A stretch of 64,000 nucleotides of DNA, from NCBI RefSeq assembly GCF_009914755.1, contig NC_060946.1. One strand, written 5' to 3'. Under the pieces are notes generated by a model. That model saw only the letters and a program-made list of their open reading frames with translations. It was not told the DNA's origin and searched no databases. The stretch is from the human T2T-CHM13v2.0 reference genome, Homo sapiens. Position numbers and translations under genes: made by a program. Positions 60,885 through 64,000 of this stretch are shown one piece after another (within the stretch, counting starts at the first letter, position 1; every line of letters starts with the position of its first letter).

Positions 60885-63196
60885 GGCCTGTTGTGTAAGC
60901 CCCTGTTTGCATCCTCATTTTCCTTCTGTCTGAAGGGCTTCCTTTAATATTCTTGCAGTGTGAATCAGCTGCTTTTTGGGATATTTTAAGCTCTTGCACA
61001 CCTGAAGAAGTCTTTATTTGGGGGGAGATATTTCCACTGGGTGGAGAATTCTGGGCTTTGTCTTTCTGTACTTTACAGAGGTGATCTCACTGTCTTCTTA
61101 ATTCCATTATTTCCTCTGAGAAGTCTGCTGTCATCCTCATCTTTGTTCCTCTGTCAGTAAATTGTCTTTTCTTCCTCTGACTGCTTTTAAGATTTCATCT
61201 GTACTACTGGTTTTGACCAGTTTGATTATGATGTACTTTGTGTACTTTAATGTTGTTTCCTCCCCCTGCCTTTTTTTTTTTTTTTTTTTGGTGGGGGGGT
61301 GGTTAGGGTTCTTTGAACTTCTCAGATCTCTCAGTTTACACTTTTCCACACATTTCAGAAAATTGGGGCCATTACTTTTTCAAGACTCTTTGCTGTCCCC
61401 ACCACTGGCGACCAGTCCTTGAATAACATCGCTGCAGAACTCAGTGGCTCATGGCTTCTGGGGTCAGGAATCCAAGTGTGGCTGAGCTGGCTCTCTGCTC
61501 AGAGACCTCACAAGCCACGGTCCTCTTGGCTCTGCTGGGGAAGGTCCCACGTCCAGGTACACCCATGTGGCCGTCAGAAGGATTCTGCTTCTCATCCGTG
61601 GTTGGGCTGCCGCGCTGGGTTCCTATGGCAGCTCCTCGCCATGTGGGCAGCTCACGCACGGCAGCTGGCGTGTCAGAGCTCTGAGAACCAGGGTGGGAGC
61701 CGCAGAAGTCACGGCTGCCGTGACGTGACTGCAGAGGGGAAGCCAGCACTTGCGCCACACTTTGCATCAGCTGTAAGTCACGCTGAAGGGCTGGCGCTGA
61801 TGCGGGTGATGCCTGGAGGTGGGGACCATCAGGAGCCATTTCAGAAGTGCCACCAGCCTGCCTCCGGGACTCCTGCCCCACGTGTCAGGCCACGTGACGT
61901 CACCCCACAGCCCACGCCCGATGTGCTGCCTCCTTTATATTTATCTTTCCGTTTTTTTCCTTTTTGTTTGTATGCACTTTTCTTTCTTTTTCTCATCTGT
62001 TTCATCTCGGACGGTTTCCGTGGTTGTATCTGCAGCTTCACTGATCCTGTTTCCGCAATGTCTGATCTGGCATGGATCCGTCCCCCGCACTTGTTGTCTT
62101 CATCCTTAGAAGGTCAATTTGGCTCTTTTTTGTCCCTTTTATGTCTGTCCTCAACTTTTTGGGCATATGGAGCAAAGTTACAGTGACTTAATGTGATCTG
62201 CCGCTTCTGACGTCAGGTCAGCCCTAGGTTTGTTTCACTCAGCTGATTTTCTCTTTGTTGAGTGCTGCGAGGCTGTGTGTGCATGTGTGCGTGTGCCTGT
62301 GCATGCACGTGTGTGTGTGTGTGTTCCTATAAATATTCGTGAGCTCTGTTCGGAGACACAGTTCAGGTACTTGGAAACAGCCTGGTTCTCTGGGTCTCGG
62401 TTTAGGAAATGTGAGGTGGGAGCAGGGCAGCGTCTGTCTGGGGCTCACACCACCCCTTGCTGAGGGGTGTCCATCTCAGTGCTGTGCCCTGGAGCCGCCT
62501 AGTTCGCAGGCTTTCCCGCGAGGCTGCCGGAGACAGGCACTGCTCCAGCCCAGTGTGAGCTTCAGGCGCCGTTTTCTGGGTTTTTCTCTCTAATGCTCCA
62601 GGTTTTCTCAGCCTCTCACCAAGCACTCCAGCGAACTCAGCCCTCTTCTCTGGCACTCTGTTCTGCGCCCTGGCTCCAGCTCCAGCCCTGTCCCTCAACT
62701 CAGGTCCCCCGAGGCCCTGCCTGGGCTGTGACCGTCTCCCCAGGCTCGCCCCGTCTCTCAAGGCCCACCACCCTTCCTGACTGAAAACTGTTGTTTCACA
62801 TTTGATGCCTCATATTCTGGCTGTTTCAGATGGCAGGTGCATCTGTCCTTGTGGCTCTGTCTCGGCCGGAAGCTGCCGGCCGCCCTCTGAGGTGGGAAAA
62901 TAGGCATTTTGTCTCCATTTTACATTCAGGAAACTTCAGCTCAGAGAGACAAACTGATGGGCCCCAGGGCCCACAGCAGATAAGAGGGGCAGCCTCACAG
63001 GAGGGCGGGCCTGCATCTCCGGCCCTCCTCACCCCGCATCCCCAGCATCACATTGCCCTAAGCGTGGCGCTCCACGAAACGTCACCCCCAGCAGCATGGG
63101 CCTCGCCTGGGTGGGAGGTGAAAAGGCGCAGAGGCTGCTGACGTCCTCTCCTGTTCTCATTCGGCTACATCTGGAAAGGGTGGTGCTGTCTAGCCT

Positions 63197-63865
63197 GGGC
63201 CCAGGAGGGGAGGACCCCACAGCCAGGCAGGGCTCAGGAGGGGAGGACCCCACAGCCAGGTGGGGCTCAGAAGGGGAGAACCCCACAACCGGGCCGGGCT
63301 CAGGAGGGGAGGACCCCACAGCCAGGCGGGGCCCAGGAGGGGAGGACCCCACAGCCAGGCGGGGCCCAGGAGGGGAGGACCCCACAGCCAGGTGGGGCTC
63401 AGGAGGGGAGAACCCCACAGCCAGGCGGGGCCCAGGAGGGGAGGACCCCACAGCCAGGCGGGGCCCAGGAGGGGAGGACCCCACACCCAGGCCGGGCCCA
63501 GGAGGGGAGGACCCCACACCCAGGCGGGGCCCAGGAGGGGAGGACTCCACAGCCAGGCGGGGCCCGGGAGGGGAGGACCCCACACCCGGGCCGGGCTCAG
63601 GAGGGGAGGATCCTACAGCCAGGCGGGGCCCAGGAGGGGAGGACCCCACACCCGGGCCGGGCCCAAGAGGGGAGGACCCCACAGCCAGGCGGGGCTCAGG
63701 AGGGGAGGACCCCACAGCCAGGCCGGGCTCAGGAGGGGAGGACCCCACAGCCACGCGGGGCTCAGGAGGGGAGGACCCCACACCCGGGCCGGGCTTAGGA
63801 GGGGAGGACCCCACACCCGGGACGGGCTCAGGAGGGGAGGACCCCACACCTGGGCGGGGCTCAGG
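63197..63865 (+). repeat. GC-rich VNTR, 33-bp unit, about 20 copies
   Basis: Unit cccaggaggggaggaccccacagccaggcgggg with variants. Explains the stop-free repetitive ORFs on both strands. Confidence 0.98.
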
Positions 63866-64000
63866 GAGCCACTGGGCGAGGGCTGTGCTGCAGCTCCTCC
63901 CTCCTCACCTGCGTGCCTGAGCTGAGCACCTGTCCTGCCTGCCCGCGGCGTCCCCTTTCTTCCCTTAACCTTCAATGTGCTCTGCGCTCCTGCTGCCCTC

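Noticed and set aside
61419-62186. 255-aa ORF
   Set aside because: Non-ATG start, overlaps decayed MaLR/L1 sequence, and has no recognisable domain.
63029-63975. Long ORFs (221-274 aa) on both strands
   Set aside because: Artefacts of a stop-free 33-bp VNTR. No gene structure.

Overview
Primate (very likely human) genomic DNA. It is GC-rich at about 1-20.6 kb and 46-52 kb, and repeat-dense elsewhere. I found no intact protein-coding gene. The left third holds a duplicated, intron-containing, tail-to-tail gene pair. One is a 9-exon CCDC188 paralogue on the + strand (7305-9544) with stops and frameshifts confined to exons 1-2. The other is a 5'-truncated ZDHHC8 paralogue on the - strand (about 10914-16907). 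It keeps the last three internal exons and both alternative terminal exons, lacks the DHHC catalytic exons, and has several frameshifts and stops. This matches my recollection of the ZDHHC8P1/ZDHHC8BP locus at 22q11.23. The ZDHHC8 homology ends next to an unrelated CpG island carrying minus-strand splice donors. The rest is Alu, L1, MIR/L2, MaLR, MER4 and MER41B LTRs, two Tigger1 elements, MER58 and four tandem repeats. Best leads: (1) a still-open, fully spliceable 141-aa coiled-coil plus transmembrane ORF in CCDC188 exons 4-9; (2) a new-ATG 70-aa ORF ending in the ZDHHC8 PDZ-ligand tail; (3) promoter capture at the duplication breakpoint; (4) a MER41B LTR with three GAS motifs and a kB-like site; (5) a homeobox-rich, CNE-like island; (6) an apparent Alu 3' transduction. 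Parent-protein and repeat-consensus comparisons are from memory, not computed alignments. Repeat boundaries are approximate.
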